Origin: an uncultured Gemmatimonadales bacterium
Lineage (GTDB): Bacteria > Gemmatimonadota > Gemmatimonadetes > Gemmatimonadales > GWC2-71-9
Assembly (NCBI GenBank): GCA_963728705.1
Contig: CAVSLY010000017.1
Coordinates: 58,702 to 122,701, forward strand
Direction: 5' to 3'
Length of the DNA: 64,000 bases
Below, piece after piece: positions 37,487-46,789 of this stretch; position 1 is the first letter of the stretch; each line of letters opens with the position of its first letter. The position numbers were made by a program, and so were the translations under genes. Below the pieces are notes generated by a model. That model saw nothing but the letters and a program-made list of their open reading frames with translations. It did no database searches and was not told the origin of the DNA.

Positions 37487-40400
37487 TAGAACTCGCGCTC
37501 CCAGAGAATGTCGAGGCCGATCTGGTACAGGCTGCTGTTCCCGAACTGGTTGGAGATGACGAAATTGGTGCACGACTGGATGGTGGGCTCCACCGAGCTC
37601 TGGAGCTTCCACTCGCGGCTGAAGCGGAATTCGAGGTTGGCCCCCAGGTTCTTGTAGCTGACCTGGCTGAAGTCGGGACAGAAGCCGGCGTTGAACGTGA
37701 GGAACGTCTTCTTGCCGATCTGCCAGCCGGCCGCGAGCTGGGTGAGCGAGCCGCCGGCGCCGGTCGGACTGGACGAGGCGCCCGGACGGATCTCGATCAG
37801 GTCGATCGGCACGCCGATGTCCTGGATCAGGGCGCGCTCGAGTTCGCTCGAGAGGGCGCTCGAGAAATAGGCCAGGCCGGTCTGGAACCCGAGCAGGGTG
37901 GCCTCATTGGCCGGGTACCCGGTCATGATGTACGAGATGAGATCGGTCTCGGAGATCGGAGGCCTGACCGTGCTCCCGAGCGAGAGCTTGGGCTGATACA
38001 GCGTGCCGGTGACGCTCGCGATGACCGGGATCTCGTCACCCCGGATGCTGCGCACCGTGTACTGCGCCGCGATGTCGAGCCCGGCGTTGAGGTCGCCGGT
38101 GTAGGTCACCTGGCCGCGGGTCACCGTGAAGTCGCGGCTGACCGGACCGACCTTGAGCGTGTAGGAGCCGCGCGGCGCGTTCAGCGTGCCGATCGGATTG
38201 TACGTCTGGGCTCGCTTGCTCAGCCGCATGCGGCCCTCGAGCTGGATGTTCGCCTCGGCGGAGCGCAGCCAGACGTCGGAGCCCATCTCCACCCGCAGGT
38301 CCTCGATCCGGAGCGAGTCGAGGAACCGGTTCTGGAACTTGGCGCCCAGGTTCTCGCGGCGGATGAGGGTCGTGTCCACCAGGTCGGCGATCGACGGATC
38401 CTCGAGGTCGATGATCCGCTTGTTGACCAGGTCCGCGAAGTACAGCACCCCGCTGTTGGCGAGCAGCCCGCCGGTCAACGTCGCGCCGAAGACCGGACCG
38501 CGAAGCTCGAGATCGCCCGTGCCGACGAGCGTGAGGAAGCTCCGCACATCGAGGGCGCGGAACTGATTCGCCTTGACAACGAGGTCGAGGATCGGCCGCG
38601 AGAGGTTCTCGAGCCGCACCGAGCCGCCGACCTCCATCCGGCCGCCGCCACTCGTGAGCACCACGTCGTGCAGCCGCAACGAGTCGCCTTCGAGGATCGC
38701 ACCGCCCTGGACCGTGGCGAAACGCACCCCGAGCCCCGGGACCGACATGCTGCCGCCATTGATGTCGATCGCGCCCGCGAGCCGCGGCGCGGACCACGTG
38801 CCGCCCACCTGGACGTCCGCCTTGAGGGTCCCGCCGACGCGGTTGACGGCCGGTGTGAGGGCCTCGAGCAGGCCGAGGGAGACGCTGTCCGATTGCGCTC
38901 GGACCGAGAGCGGGCCGTCGATCTGTCGCTTCTCGACTCCGGTGAGCGCCAGGTCGAGCGGCAGGTGGGCCTCCACCTGCAACAGGTTTTCTCCCGTGCG
39001 CCAAAGGTCGAGATTGGCGTCGAGCCGGCGCGATTCGTAGTTGAGCACGCCCTGGATGAACGGCGACTGGAAGTCGCCGAAGCGCGCGTCGGCCAGCCGC
39101 GCGAGCCCGCGGAAGGTCGGCGCCGCAGCGGTGCCGCCGATCTGCAGATCGAGCTCGACCTCGCCGTGCACGCCGGTCGTGTCGCGCTGCAGCAGTCCGT
39201 AGACGTCGTGCACATCGAGCCCGAGGAGCTGCACCTGGAGATCGCCCGGCGCTTTGCCCGGGATCCGGCCGGCCACCTGGAGCGCGCTCGAGCCGTCGAG
39301 CGAGGCCAGGCGGAGCGGGCTCACCGACGGCGCCGAATCCGAGAGGGCAACCGTCACCGGCGCCTCCAGCCGATACTGCCGCACCGCGAGCCGCGCGAGC
39401 AGGGAGTCGATCCGGAGCACGCGGGACTCGCCCCGCTGGTACCACGCACCGGTGGCGTCGAAGCGAGCGGCGTCGCCCAGGTTGGTGCCGGCGCTCCAGC
39501 CGAGCGAGTCGGCGAAGCCGTCCACGACGCCACTGGCCCTGTGGAGCACCCACTGCTTGATCCGGATCGAGTCGGAAGCCCCGCGCGCCGTGAGGCGCGG
39601 GCGCCTCCCGCCGAGCCAGCTGATGGTCCCGGTGAACCGCGGCGAGCGCAGCAGTTGCCACTCGAAGCCGTCGACCGCGAACGATCCGTCGGCCAGCAGA
39701 GAGTCGAGGCTGCCCGCCAGGTCCACGCGACCCGTGGCGCGGCCGGTGAGCGGCCGGGCTTCGGGGGAGGTATCGCGCTTCTGCTGGGTCATCGCGAGCA
39801 GCAGCGAGTCGAAGCCGATCAGGCTGTCGGCCGCGAGGTCGAAGCGCATGCGCCCGTTCCGCGGGGCGCGCCAGCCCAGCGTGCCGCCGCCCGACGCGCG
39901 CGCACCCTTCCATTCCGCGTAGGCGGTATCCACCTGGATCACGCTGTCGTGCACGCCGCCCCGGCCGAACAGGCTGTCGATGGTCCACTCGCGGATGCGG
40001 CTCCGGGTGAGGGCCAGCTCGAGGCTGCCCTCAGGCGCCTGCGCAGTGTCGATGCGGCCCGTGGCGCGAAGCTCGCCGGTGAGTGAGGTGGAGAGCGTCT
40101 GCCCCGTGAGGGTGGCGAGGTTGACCCGCGCGAACCGGAGGCGGAGCCCGTCGGCGCCCCAGAGAGGTGGGAGCGCGGTAATGAATCCTTCGGCCTGGAC
40201 GTCGCCCAGGTCGCCGGTCAGATCGGCGTTCACCGCGAGCCGGCTCAGCGTCCCCTCGCTCTGGAACCGGCCGCGCAGCTCGCCCTTGGTCTTGAGCGTG
40301 GGAAAGGCGCGCCGGATCCCGTCGAACACGAGCGGCTCGAAGACGACATCGGTCGCGAGCGCGAGCGAGTCCCGGCGGGTGTCGAGATACACGGTCCCGG

Positions 40401-41874
40401 TGGCCGTGCTGGGCGGCCGATCGCCGTCCTGCTGCCGGGCGGTGCCGCGGAAGGTGACGTTCTTGAGCGGACCGTCGAGCGTGCCCGCTGCGGCGAGCCG
40501 CCCTTCGATGATCACGGCCGGCGCGAGCCGGCGCACGGTCCGGAGATCGACGTCCGAGCGGCGCACCACGAAATTGGTGAACGTGAGTCCGCTGTCGCGG
40601 GTCGAGCCCACAATGCCGGTCCCCGCGATCTTCGACACCGGCCGGCCCGGCACCCGCGCATCAGCGAAGGACCAGTCGATCGTCACGTCCATGGCGTCGA
40701 GGAACCCTGCACCGGTCATGGTGCCGCTCAGCGTGCCGAAGAACGGCAGCGAGTCGACGTAGGCCCGGGCCGCGTCGAGGTCGAGGTCCCGGAGCGTGAC
40801 ATCCATGTCACGGAAGCCGAGACCGCGCCGCCGGTCGGTGATCGCGACCAGCGAGCCGTTGACCTGCTGCTCGCCGTTCCGGAGATGCAGCTCGCGGATG
40901 TCGTAGGCGGTTCGGGCACCGGTCTCCGACTTCCCGGCGACGACGCCACTGCCGACCATGGGCGGGAAGTCGGGCGACACCCAGTGCAGATCATCCAGGT
41001 TCACATGCGGCGAGGTCACCTGGAAGTCGTACAGCGTCGTGTCGTTCGGCCAGGTGACCGCTCCGCCGCCCGAGAACCGGGTATCGGGAAGTGAGCCGCT
41101 GGAGAGACTGAAGATGGCGCTGTCGCCGTGGAGGCGGACCCGGCCCACCGCTTCGGTGACGGTCACGGCCGGATCGCTCACGCGGGTCGCGAGCGCATCG
41201 ATGTCGACCGTGAACGGCTTCCGGTCCGGCGTCGCGATTCGGAGCCGGGCGAAGCGGGCGTCGAGATCGGAGAGCAGGATGACCCGGCGGAGTCCGTCCC
41301 CGCCTTCCTCGATCACCCGCCCGGGCTTGGCCCGCTCGGCCTCGAGCGCGGAATCGCGCTGCGCCACGGTGCGGAGCGAGCGGTCGGGATTCCAGGGCAG
41401 CGCGATCCGGAGCGTGCCGCCGGTGACCCTCACGTCGTGGAAGTCGATCAGCGGCCCGGGGCCCCCACCCTTCCCCTTCTTGAGCCCCAGCACTTCCTCG
41501 AAATTCATCCGGCCGTTGCGGAGCTTGATGAGCTGGATGGTCGGGTGGTCGACCGTGACGCCGCTCAGGAGCACCTGGCCCGCGAGCAGGTTGGGGAGCC
41601 GGTAGGTCACCCGCACGCGCGGCAGGTCGGCGAGCAGGCCGCCCGCGGTGTCGCGGACGACCAGGTCCTCGATCGCGAGATCGTACACGAACGAGCCCGA
41701 GATCGCGCCAACCTTCACCTGGCCGATCACGATCCGGTCGAGCGCCTGCGACACCGTGCGCGCGAGCAGGTTCCGGCCGGGCGGCGTGAGCGTCATCGAC
41801 GTCGCCACGCCCAGCACCATCGCCACGGTGCCGAGCAGGATGACGAAGAAGAAGCGCGCGATCCGCCGTCGCAT
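37486..41874 (-). CDS. tamB: Translocation and assembly module subunit TamB (AsmA-like/DUF490 giant periplasm-spanning protein)
   Basis: ORF of 1462 aa, unbroken. N-terminal anchor FFFVILLGTVAMVLGVA, a long beta-rich body and a DUF490-like C-terminus. Lies immediately downstream of an Omp85 gene (1-nt overlap). Confidence 0.8.
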   Translation of the reverse strand: MRRRIARFFFVILLGTVAMVLGVATSMTLTPPGRNLLARTVSQALDRIVIGQVKVGAISGSFVYDLAIEDLVVRDTAGGLLADLPRVRVTYRLPNLLAGQVLLSGVTVDHPTIQLIKLRNGRMNFEEVLGLKKGKGGGPGPLIDFHDVRVTGGTLRIALPWNPDRSLRTVAQRDSALEAERAKPGRVIEEGGDGLRRVILLSDLDARFARLRIATPDRKPFTVDIDALATRVSDPAVTVTEAVGRVRLHGDSAIFSLSSGSLPDTRFSGGGAVTWPNDTTLYDFQVTSPHVNLDDLHWVSPDFPPMVGSGVVAGKSETGARTAYDIRELHLRNGEQQVNGSLVAITDRRRGLGFRDMDVTLRDLDLDAARAYVDSLPFFGTLSGTMTGAGFLDAMDVTIDWSFADARVPGRPVSKIAGTGIVGSTRDSGLTFTNFVVRRSDVDLRTVRRLAPAVIIEGRLAAAGTLDGPLKNVTFRGTARQQDGDRPPSTATGTVYLDTRRDSLALATDVVFEPLVFDGIRRAFPTLKTKGELRGRFQSEGTLSRLAVNADLTGDLGDVQAEGFITALPPLWGADGLRLRFARVNLATLTGQTLSTSLTGELRATGRIDTAQAPEGSLELALTRSRIREWTIDSLFGRGGVHDSVIQVDTAYAEWKGARASGGGTLGWRAPRNGRMRFDLAADSLIGFDSLLLAMTQQKRDTSPEARPLTGRATGRVDLAGSLDSLLADGSFAVDGFEWQLLRSPRFTGTISWLGGRRPRLTARGASDSIRIKQWVLHRASGVVDGFADSLGWSAGTNLGDAARFDATGAWYQRGESRVLRIDSLLARLAVRQYRLEAPVTVALSDSAPSVSPLRLASLDGSSALQVAGRIPGKAPGDLQVQLLGLDVHDVYGLLQRDTTGVHGEVELDLQIGGTAAAPTFRGLARLADARFGDFQSPFIQGVLNYESRRLDANLDLWRTGENLLQVEAHLPLDLALTGVEKRQIDGPLSVRAQSDSVSLGLLEALTPAVNRVGGTLKADVQVGGTWSAPRLAGAIDINGGSMSVPGLGVRFATVQGGAILEGDSLRLHDVVLTSGGGRMEVGGSVRLENLSRPILDLVVKANQFRALDVRSFLTLVGTGDLELRGPVFGATLTGGLLANSGVLYFADLVNKRIIDLEDPSIADLVDTTLIRRENLGAKFQNRFLDSLRIEDLRVEMGSDVWLRSAEANIQLEGRMRLSKRAQTYNPIGTLNAPRGSYTLKVGPVSRDFTVTRGQVTYTGDLNAGLDIAAQYTVRSIRGDEIPVIASVTGTLYQPKLSLGSTVRPPISETDLISYIMTGYPANEATLLGFQTGLAYFSSALSSELERALIQDIGVPIDLIEIRPGASSSPTGAGGSLTQLAAGWQIGKKTFLTFNAGFCPDFSQVSYKNLGANLEFRFSREWKLQSSVEPTIQSCTNFVISNQFGNSSLYQIGLDILWEREF

Positions 41875-43901
41875 CAGAAGGCCTGCCCCACCGCGAAGTG
41901 GAAGGTGAACTTGCTGCCCCGCGCCTTGACGTACGAGCCCTCGCCCGGCACCGGTGTCAGCGCACCCAGGGTGTCGACCTGAAAGAGCGTGCCCGCCTGC
42001 AGCTTGTATGGATTATAGGCCACGTCCAGCCGCGCCGGCCCGAGCGGCGTCGAGAGCCGGATGCCCACGCCGGGAGTCACCCGGATCACGGCCGGATTGC
42101 CACTGCCGCGGTCCCAGACGCCGCCCGCGTCCACGAAGGCGGCGAGCCGGAGCCGAGAGCTGAAGACCGGCGACGGCACCCGCAGTTCGACGTTGCCGAC
42201 CGCGAGTGTGTTGCCGCCGGTGGCCGCGACCGTCACCCGGTCCGGATCGATCTCCCGCATATCGATGGCGGCGGTGTCCACCTCGCCCTTGGGGACGACG
42301 TAGACCACCGCGCCGAGCTCGTTGCGCTCGAAGCCGCGCACGTCGTTGGGGCCGCCGGCGTAGAACCGCTGCTCGGGCGGAATGAAGTTGCCGCTCTGGG
42401 TCGCGACGTCGACGGTGGGCGCGAAGATGGCGCCACCGCGGAGTCGCCAGCTGAACACCACGTCACGGGCGATGGGCCGGTACCATGAGTAGTCGCCGAC
42501 GGCCCGGAAGAACTGCTGGAACGAGCTCGAGCCGAGGAAGCGCGAGCTCCACGTGAGATCGAGCGAGGAGAGCGAGCCACGCGAGGGATCGAGCGCGTTG
42601 TTGACCCGTGGCAGGCTCCCGTTGGCGGTGAGCGTGGCGAGCACCCGGTTCTGGCGTAAGAGCGCCACCACGTCCGGCGTGCACGCATTGAACGATGCGC
42701 AGAAGCTCTCGGCCGTGGCCTCGGTGTGGCCGTAGGACAGCGTGTAGGCCAGCGACAGCGGGATCCGCCGCTTCGGCGTCTCGCGCCGGAGGGTGACGGT
42801 GGTGCCGGTCTCCTGCCGCAGGTACACCTTGAACTCCGAGCGCCGCTCGGTGAACAGCGACACGGCGATCGTGTTGTTGGGCGAAAGGAACGCGGGGCGC
42901 CGGATCGACGCGCCCAGGTTGAAGTTCACCTTGCTGGACCCGACGGTGTCCTCGCGCGAGCTGCGGCAGATGTCCTGGTCGAGCCCCCAGTCGAATGGCG
43001 TGCCCACGCCCACCTTCGAGATCCGGCTCGTGAGGTCGAGGATACGGCCGCCGCTGCCCAGGAAATTGCGCGTGGTCCAGCCGAGGGAGCCGCGGAAGCA
43101 GTCGTCGGTGGCGTAGCCGATGCCGCCGCGGATGCGCCGGCGCCGGGCCTCGCTCACCGCCACCACGAGCGGCACCGAGTCGGCATCGGGGCGGTACTTG
43201 GTCGTGTCGACGTTGACCGTCGCGTAGCGAAAGAGGTCGGAGCTGTAGAGGTTCCGCTGGCTCTGGAACATCTCGTCCTGGGAGTAGAGCCGGCCGCGCC
43301 GCGAGATGAGCAGGTTGCGGACGACCTGCGGGTCGATCCGGTTGGTGCCCACGACGCTCACCTCGCCGATCCTCGCTCGGCGGCCGGCCGCGGCCTCGAA
43401 GGTGACGGCGGCGGTCTCCGTCTCCCGGTTGCTCTCGAAGCTGGTGAACACCCGCGCGGACGGGTAGCCGCGGTCGCGGAGCCGGCGGGCGATCGTATCC
43501 GCCGTAGCCTGCATGATGAAGCGGTTGAACGGGTCGGCGTGACGAAGCGGGAGATCGACCAGCGTCTGTGCCCGGACGATGGTGGGCAGCGTGTCGAGGC
43601 CCAGCACCTCGAGCCGCGTGACCCGGATGGGCTCGCCCTCCTTGATGCGGAAGCTGATGTAGACATCGGTGGGGGTCCGCCGGACGACAGTGTCGGTCTG
43701 CGCGTGCGGGTAGCCGCTCCGCCGGTAGAGCACCTCGAGGCGGACCACGTCGCGCTTGAATTCCTGCTCGTCGAAATAGCGCTTCTCGCCGAGGCCCAGC
43801 GAGCGGATGAGGAACGCGCGCGCGAACCAGCTCGACCTGGTGGTGGCGATGGCGCTGGCGAGGAGCTCGTTGGAGAGGGCGCGGTTGCCCTCGAATGCCA
43901 C
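41874..43901 (-). CDS. tamA: Omp85-family outer-membrane protein (TamA/BamA-like), N-terminal signal peptide probably lost to a frame disruption
   Basis: ORF of 675 aa. POTRA-like repeats, then a beta-barrel ending in FHFAVGQAF (terminal aromatic beta-signal). A signal peptide (RGRAAVALALLLAAAGPAGAQEP) is encoded just upstream in the frame of ORF 42463..44076. Confidence 0.8.
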   Translation of the reverse strand: MAFEGNRALSNELLASAIATTRSSWFARAFLIRSLGLGEKRYFDEQEFKRDVVRLEVLYRRSGYPHAQTDTVVRRTPTDVYISFRIKEGEPIRVTRLEVLGLDTLPTIVRAQTLVDLPLRHADPFNRFIMQATADTIARRLRDRGYPSARVFTSFESNRETETAAVTFEAAAGRRARIGEVSVVGTNRIDPQVVRNLLISRRGRLYSQDEMFQSQRNLYSSDLFRYATVNVDTTKYRPDADSVPLVVAVSEARRRRIRGGIGYATDDCFRGSLGWTTRNFLGSGGRILDLTSRISKVGVGTPFDWGLDQDICRSSREDTVGSSKVNFNLGASIRRPAFLSPNNTIAVSLFTERRSEFKVYLRQETGTTVTLRRETPKRRIPLSLAYTLSYGHTEATAESFCASFNACTPDVVALLRQNRVLATLTANGSLPRVNNALDPSRGSLSSLDLTWSSRFLGSSSFQQFFRAVGDYSWYRPIARDVVFSWRLRGGAIFAPTVDVATQSGNFIPPEQRFYAGGPNDVRGFERNELGAVVYVVPKGEVDTAAIDMREIDPDRVTVAATGGNTLAVGNVELRVPSPVFSSRLRLAAFVDAGGVWDRGSGNPAVIRVTPGVGIRLSTPLGPARLDVAYNPYKLQAGTLFQVDTLGALTPVPGEGSYVKARGSKFTFHFAVGQAF

Positions 43902-44095
43902 TTGGCGGACGACCCGCGGCGGGCTCCTGCGCCCCCGCCGGTCCGGCAGCCGCGAGGAGCAATGCCAGCGCCACCGCGGCCCGGCCCCTCACTGGGGCAC
44001 CTGGGCCGGGCGTCGAGGGACGGAGAGGGGTGGCTGCGCGATTGACGGCATGCTCTAAGCCCGGTAGTTTGACCACCTTACGCTTTCAAGTCAAC

Positions 44096-45713
44096 GTGCG
44101 GCCCCGCCCTCATCCGCTCACGGGCCTCCCCATTCGTCAGATCCGTCTACGCCTGCTGCCGTGCCTGCTGGTCGCCATCGCCGCCTGCGCCGTGGGCGGC
44201 GAGACGTCCGGACGCGGGCTCACCTACTATGAGAGCGCCGATCCCGCGTCGCTCGACCCCGCGCTCTCCAACGACGTGCAGAGCGGCGAGGTCATGACCC
44301 TGCTGTTCGACAACCTGGTCCAGTTCGACACCGAGGCGCAGCTCCAGCCCGGCCTCGCGACCCGCTGGGAGAGCGACTCGACCGGCGCCGTGTACACCTT
44401 CCACCTCAGGACCGGCGCCACGTTCCACGACGGCCGGCCGATCGGCGCCCGCGACGTGCGGGCCTCGATGCTCCGGGCGCTCGATCCCGCGCTCGAAGGC
44501 GGGCCGGCAGTGGCCGCTCTTTCCGATCAAGGGTGCGCGCGAGTACGCCGCTGGCAAGGCGCGGGCCGTGGCCGGCATCGCCGTGCCGGACGACACCACG
44601 ATCGTCTTCACCCTCACCGAGCCGCTCAACATCTTTCCCAAGTTCCTCGCGATGCCGGTGGCGGCCGTCGTGCCGACGCCGACGCCGCCGGGCTTCGACC
44701 AGGCGCCGGTGGGGAGCGGGCCCTGGCGGTTCGTCTCCTGGTCGCACGACGACGCCATCGTCCTCGCCAGGAACTCCACCCACTGGGCGGGGCCCCCGAA
44801 AGGGGACACCCTCACCGTCCGCATCATCCCGGAGGTGTTGACCCAGGGGGCCGAGTACGAGACCGGCAACCTGAGCGTGGTCGAGATTCCCTTCGGGGAG
44901 ACCCGGCACTGGGAGATGGCGCGTCCTGACGAGCTGCAGCGCCGGCCGGCGCTCCGGGATCTCTTCATCGCCATGAACACCACCCGCGGCCCGCTCCGGG
45001 ACGTGCGCGTGCGGCGCGCGCTCAACCTCGCCACCGACGTCGAGACGCTCCTCCGGACCCAGATGGCGGGCCGCGGCGTCCGGGCCGCCGGCGCCATTCC
45101 GCCGGGCATCCTGGGCTACGACTCCACCCGCGCCCCGTACGCCTGGGACACGGCGGGGGCGCGTCGGCTCCTGGCCGAGGCCGGCTACGCGAAGGGCTTC
45201 CGGCTGCAGCTCTGGCGCGGCAAGCGCGCCGAGCTCGCCCGGATTGCGCAGTCCGTGCAGCAGGACCTCGCCTTGCTTGGTATCCACGTGGAAATCATCG
45301 AGCGCGACGCGCCCAGCGTCCGGGCCACGGTGCGGAATGGCGAGGCCGATCTCTTCCTGGGCGACTGGTACGCCGATTACCCGGACCCCGAGAACTTCTC
45401 CTACCCGCTCTTCCATTCGATCAACAAGGGCCCCGGCGGCAACTACGCCTTCCTGAGCGATGCGGCGCTCGACGCCATGATCGAGCGCGCGCGGAGCACG
45501 CCGGACACGCTGGAGAAGGCCCGGCTCTCGCGCGAGATCGATGCCCGTGTGTTCGAGCTCGTGCCCTGGATCTTCCTCTGGTTCCCGGCCGACGTGTGGG
45601 CGGTGCAGCCTGACGTGAAGGGCTGGCGGATTCCCGCCGTGTTCACCGGCCAGCGTTGGACCACCGTGGAGCGGACCGGCACGGAGCAGACCAGCGTGGC
45701 GCGGGTCCCGTGA
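44096..45713 (+). CDS. ABC transporter substrate-binding lipoprotein, family 5 (peptide/nickel, DppA/OppA-like), one frame disruption near 44500
   Basis: GTG 44096 in ORF 43895... Lipobox LLVAIAAC. Sequence YESADPASLDPA...TFHLRTGATFHDGRP, continuing in ORF 44568..45713 (WPLFPIKGAREY...GSGPWRFVSW...GDWYADYPDPENF). Confidence 0.8.
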
Positions 45714-46631
45714 CGCGCTTCCTGTTGAGCCGGCTCGCGCTGCTGCTTCCCACGCTGCTCGGCGTCCTCGCCGTCACCTTCCTGATGCTCTACGTCGCCC
45801 CCGGCGATCCGGTGCAGGCGATGGTGGGCGAGCGGGCCGACGCCGAGACCATCGCCCGGCTCCGGGCCGAGCTGCACCTGGATGACCCGCTGCCGCTCCA
45901 GTTCGTGCGCTACGTCGGCGGCGTCGTCCAGGGCGACCTCGGCACGAGCTACATCACCCGCCGGCCGATCCTGACCGACCTGCTGCAGCGCTTCCCTGCC
46001 ACGCTCCAGCTGGCCGGCGCGGCGATGCTGTTCGCGGCGGTGACGGGCATCGCGATCGGCATCTACGGCGCGTGGCGGCCGGGCAGGCTGGGTCGACCGG
46101 GTCACCACCTTTGCCGCGTACCTGGGCGTGTCGTTTCCGGTCTACTGGGTGGGGCTGCTGCTGATCATGGTGTTCGCTGTGACCCTCGGCTGGCTGCCAC
46201 CGTCGGGCGCGCGGGGACCGTTGTACATCATCCTGCCGGCGCTCACGCTGGGAATGCGCTCGGTCGCCTTCCTGTCGCGGATGACGCGAGCGGCCATGCA
46301 GGAGATCCTCCGGAGCGACTTCGTCCGGACCGCGCGCGCCAAGGGCCTGGGCGAGGGACGGGTGGTCCTCCGGCATGCCTTCCGGAACGCGCTGCTGCCG
46401 GTGCTCACCGTGCTGGGCCTCGACTTCGGCAGCTATCTCACCGGCTCGATCCTCACCGAGACCATCTTTTCGTGGCCGGGCGTGGGACGCTACGTGCTGA
46501 CCGCGATCGACAAGCGGGACCTGCCGGGGGTGCAGGGCAGCATTCTATTTCTGAGCCTGGTGTTCGTGCTGGTGAACCTGTTGACGGATATGCTCTATGC
46601 GCGGGTGGATCCGAGGGTGGCGTATGACTGA
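45710..46631 (+). CDS. ABC transporter permease (DppB/OppB-like), one frame disruption near 46086
   Basis: GTG 45710 (GTGA overlap). Sequence VTRFLLSRLALLLPTLLGVLAVTFLM...DPLPLQFVRYV, continuing in ORF 46128..46631 (YWVGLLLIMVF...SDFVRTARAKGL...ETIFSWPGVG). Confidence 0.8.
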
Positions 46632-46666
46632 CGGGCGGGCGGACGGTCAGACGGTCGGGCGGTCGG
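46626..46666. repeat. GACGG-rich tract (family 3)
   Basis: gactgacgggcgggcggacggtcagacggtcgggcggtcgg. Shares the GGTCAGACGG core with the tract at 9947-9970. Overlaps the permease stop codon. Confidence 0.6.
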
Positions 46667-46683
46667 CCAGGCAGCCGCAAGCA

Positions 46684-46789
46684 CCGTCATCCCGAGGGAG
46701 CGCCAGCGACCGAGGGACCTGCTCACCCGGGGCTCGAGGCCGGGCGGGAAGGTCCCTCCCCTTCGCTACGCTCAGGGTCGGGATGACGG
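46684..46789. repeat. Family-2 hairpin repeat: inverted pair of GTCATCCCGA...AGCGA...GAGGGACCT units
   Basis: ccgtcatcccgagggagcgccagcgaccgagggacct (46684-46720) faces the reverse complement ccgtcatcccgaccctgagcgtagcgaaggggagggacct (46750-46789). The right arm supplies the dacB ATG. Confidence 0.85.

Noticed and set aside
38036-40086. 650-aa minus-strand and 472-aa plus-strand ORFs inside tamB
   Set aside because: They are alternative-frame or antisense ORFs within an unbroken 1462-aa TamB reading frame, and their composition is low-complexity Arg/Pro/Gly.
42463-44076. 537-aa minus-strand ORF overlapping the Omp85 gene
   Set aside because: Only its first ~50 codons (a signal-peptide-like segment) make sense. 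The rest is an Arg/Pro-rich alternative frame of the Omp85 ORF.
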